A stretch of DNA of 33,215 nucleotides from a virus. Positions 30,969-33,215 of the stretch are shown here, piece by piece. How positions within the stretch are numbered: position 1 is the stretch's first letter; every line of letters begins with the position of its first letter. The position numbers and the translations under genes were made by a program. The notes beneath the pieces were generated by a model. It was not told where the DNA came from, did no database searches, and saw only the letters and a list, made by a program, of their open reading frames with translations. Location of the stretch: the UHGV virus genome UHGV-1507039; one strand, given 5' to 3'.

Positions 30969-31187
30969 ATGGCAGACATCATTGATTCAGCATCAGAAAT
31001 CGAAGAATTACAGCGCAATACAGCAATAAAAATGCGTCGTCTGAACCACCAGGTTATATCTGCCACTCATTGTTGTGAGTGTGGCGATCCCATAGATGAA
31101 CGAAGACGCCTGGCCGTTCAGGGTTGTCGGACTTGTGCAAGCTGCCAGGAGGAGATCGAACTTAAGAACAAACAATGGGGATTGTGA
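30969..31187 (+). CDS. TraR/DksA-family C4 zinc-finger protein
   Basis: 72 aa with CxxC(17)CxxC (CCECGDPIDERRRLAVQGCRTCASC) preceded by a helical segment. Confidence 0.7.
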   Translation: MADIIDSASEIEELQRNTAIKMRRLNHQVISATHCCECGDPIDERRRLAVQGCRTCASCQEEIELKNKQWGL

Positions 31188-31234
31188 TGGCCTCAAAGCA
31201 GCAAATTTCAACATCGTCCAACTGAGGTGTAAAA

Positions 31235-31513
31235 ATGTTCAGAATCATTTTGCCTAACACCTGGTACGTCGACCACCACGGCACTCCCTGCAAAATCCTG
31301 CGTTCTACCCACAACAAAGTTCACTACATCCGAAAAGGCAGAACATGTATCGCCAGCATGTTCCGCTTTAATCATGACTTTGAACCTGTGAATAAAGCTG
31401 ATGCAGATCGGATAGCAGAAGAGATCGAAACGGCAGAACACATTAAGAAGTTACGTGACATGCGTTCAAAAAGCAGAGGTAACCATGGAATCATACAGCC
31501 TCACACTCGATGA
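31235..31513 (+). CDS. Hypothetical protein (92 aa)
   Basis: Open frame between the zinc-finger gene and xis; overlaps the proposed xis start by about 28 bp; no recognised motif. Confidence 0.45.
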   Translation: MFRIILPNTWYVDHHGTPCKILRSTHNKVHYIRKGRTCIASMFRFNHDFEPVNKADADRIAEEIETAEHIKKLRDMRSKSRGNHGIIQPHTR

Positions 31514-31856
31514 GGCCTGTCAGTTTCTTAAGATATCCAGACCAACCGCCACCAACTGGATACGAACAGGCCGCCTACAGGCAACACGTAAAGATCCAAC
31601 CAAGCCAAAATCTCCTTACCTCACAACACGGCAAGCCTGCATTGCGGCGCTTCAGTCTCCGCTGCATACTGTCCAGGTGAGCGCGGGTGATGGCATAACA
31701 GAGGAAAGAAAATGTCACTCTTCCGCAGAAATGAAATATGGTATGCCTCGTATTCGCTCCCGGGCGGGAAACGAATTAAGGAATCTCTTGGCACAAAGGA
31801 CAAGCGGCAAGCTCAGGAGTTGCACGACAAGCGAAAAGCAGAACTCTGGCGAGTAG
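31485..31856 (+). CDS. xis: Excisionase, AlpA/MerR-like HTH; 3' end uncertain because the frame overlaps int by about 145 bp
   Basis: From [36 protein letters not shown] (excisionase-type winged HTH); position immediately upstream of int. Confidence 0.55.
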   Translation: MESYSLTLDEACQFLKISRPTATNWIRTGRLQATRKDPTKPKSPYLTTRQACIAALQSPLHTVQVSAGDGITEERKCHSSAEMKYGMPRIRSRAGNELRNLLAQRTSGKLRSCTTSEKQNSGE

Positions 31857-32875
31857 AAAAGCTAGGGGATTTACCTGATGTCACTTTTGAAGAGGCCTGC
31901 CTAAGATGGCTTGAGGAAAAAGCTGATAAAAAATCTCTCGATTCAGATAAAAGCCGGATTGAGTTCTGGCTTGAACATTTTGAGGGTATAAGGCTTAAAG
32001 ATATCTCGGAGGCAAAGATTTACTCTGCTGTAAGCAGAATGCATAACAGAAAGACGAAAGAAATATGGAAACAGAAAGTTCAGGCCGCCATCAGGAAAGG
32101 TAAAGAACCGCCTGTTTATGAACCAAAGCCAGTATCAACTCAGACAAAGGCAAAGCATCTTGCCATGATAAAGGCCATTCTCCGTGCTGCAGAACGCGAC
32201 TGGAAGTGGCTGGAAAAAGCGCCTGTCATCAAGATACCAGCGGTCAGAAACAAGCGAGTCAGATGGCTGGAAAAGGAGGAAGCAAAACGCCTTATTGATG
32301 AGTGCCCCGAACCACTGAAATCTGTCGTCAAGTTTGCGCTGGCAACTGGTCTGAGAAAGTCGAACATCATAAATCTGGAATGGCAACAAATCGACATGCA
32401 GCGACGAGTTGCCTGGGTGAATCCAGAAGAGAGCAAATCAAACCGCGCCATTGGTGTGGCGCTGAACGATACCGCCTGTAAAGTGTTGCGTGATCAAATA
32501 GGCAAGCATCACAAATGGGTGTTTGTACATACCAAGGCGGCTAAGCGAGCAGATGGAACATCAACGCCTGCGGTCAGGAAGATGCGCATCGACAGCAAGA
32601 CATCATGGCTATCAGCTTGTCGTCGTGCAGGAATTGAAGATTTCCGTTTCCATGACCTCAGACACACCTGGGCAAGCTGGCTGATTCAGTCAGGCGTCCC
32701 ATTATCAGTGCTTCAGGAAATGGGCGGATGGGAGTCCATAGAAATGGTTCGTAGGTATGCTCACCTTGCGCCTAATCATTTGACAGAGCATGCGAGGAAA
32801 ATAGACGACATTTTTGGTGATAATGTCCCAAATATGTCCCACTCTGGAATTATGGAGGATATAAAGAAGGCGTAA
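31712..32875 (+). CDS. intD: Tyrosine integrase, DLP12 IntD-type
   Basis: 387 aa; C-terminal catalytic region with HDLRHT and RRYAHL(a)P motifs; adjacent to tRNA-Arg. Confidence 0.93.
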   Translation: MSLFRRNEIWYASYSLPGGKRIKESLGTKDKRQAQELHDKRKAELWRVEKLGDLPDVTFEEACLRWLEEKADKKSLDSDKSRIEFWLEHFEGIRLKDISEAKIYSAVSRMHNRKTKEIWKQKVQAAIRKGKEPPVYEPKPVSTQTKAKHLAMIKAILRAAERDWKWLEKAPVIKIPAVRNKRVRWLEKEEAKRLIDECPEPLKSVVKFALATGLRKSNIINLEWQQIDMQRRVAWVNPEESKSNRAIGVALNDTACKVLRDQIGKHHKWVFVHTKAAKRADGTSTPAVRKMRIDSKTSWLSACRRAGIEDFRFHDLRHTWASWLIQSGVPLSVLQEMGGWESIEMVRRYAHLAPNHLTEHARKIDDIFGDNVPNMSHSGIMEDIKKA

Positions 32876-32890
32876 CTGATTGAATTGTAA

Positions 32891-32967
32891 TGGCGCGCCC
32901 TGCAGGATTCGAACCTGCGGCCCACGACTTAGAAGGTCGTTGCTCTATCCAACTGAGCTAAGGGCGC
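32891..32967 (-). tRNA. argU: tRNA-Arg (anticodon UCU), argU-type; likely carries the prophage att core at its 3' end
   Basis: 77-nt minus-strand sequence GCGCCCTTAGCTCAGTTGGATAGAGCAACGACCTTCTAAGTCGTGGGCCGCAGGTTCGAATCCTGCAGGGCGCGCCA with cloverleaf features, anticodon loop CTTCTAA and encoded CCA. Confidence 0.9.
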
Positions 32968-33215
32968 GTTGATACCGCAATGCGGTGTAATCGCGTGAAT
33001 TATACGGTCAACCCTTGCTGAGTCAATGGCTTTTGATCTGGTTGCTGAACAAGTGAACGACCGCGTCTGATTTTCTGATTTATTTCGCTATAGTGGCAAA
33101 CAAACGCACACCGCTGCGCGTCTGAATCAAGAAAACCCGTATTTTCATGTATCAAAGTACAGGTGATGCTGCCAACTTACTGATTTAGTGTATGATGGTG
33201 TTTTTGAGGTGCTCC

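Noticed and set aside
32968-33215. Additional prophage genes beyond the tRNA
   Set aside because: Sequence past the tRNA 5' end has no long ORFs and looks like host intergenic/promoter sequence; too short to interpret further.

Overview
The window is about 33 kb of an apparently intact lambdoid prophage of an Escherichia-type host, inverted relative to the standard lambda map and ending at an integrase next to a tRNA-Arg(UCU) gene (argU-type site). All protein identifications are from memory of lambda, phage 21 and DLP12 sequences; no database search was run. Order from left to right: lambda-type tail and head genes on the minus strand (I, K, L, M, H, G/T, V, U, Z, FII, FI, E, D, C, B, W, A, Nu1, 26..15298); cos; an AT-rich pair of + strand genes (ribbon-helix-helix protein and DUF1398/YbcV-like); a phage-21/DLP12-type lysis cassette (pinholin, SAR endolysin, Rz/Rz1); an intact OmpC-family porin moron antisense to the late operon; Q; ylcG; rusA; a disrupted ybcO-like remnant; a nin region carrying a Dam-type N6-adenine methyltransferase; lambda-type ren, P and O with ori iterons; a heteroimmune cII/cro/cI/N region with nutL and nutR; sieB; ea10, cIII, kil, gam, bet, exo; a second divergent Dam-type methyltransferase and several small coupled ORFs; xis; int; tRNA-Arg. 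I did not find a clearly novel multi-gene system. The points most worth follow-up are the two paralogous methyltransferases, the RHH plus DUF1398 pair beside cos, the coupled small ORFs of the early-left operon, the porin moron with its structured 3' UTR, and repeated CTGTAGG-loop hairpins.
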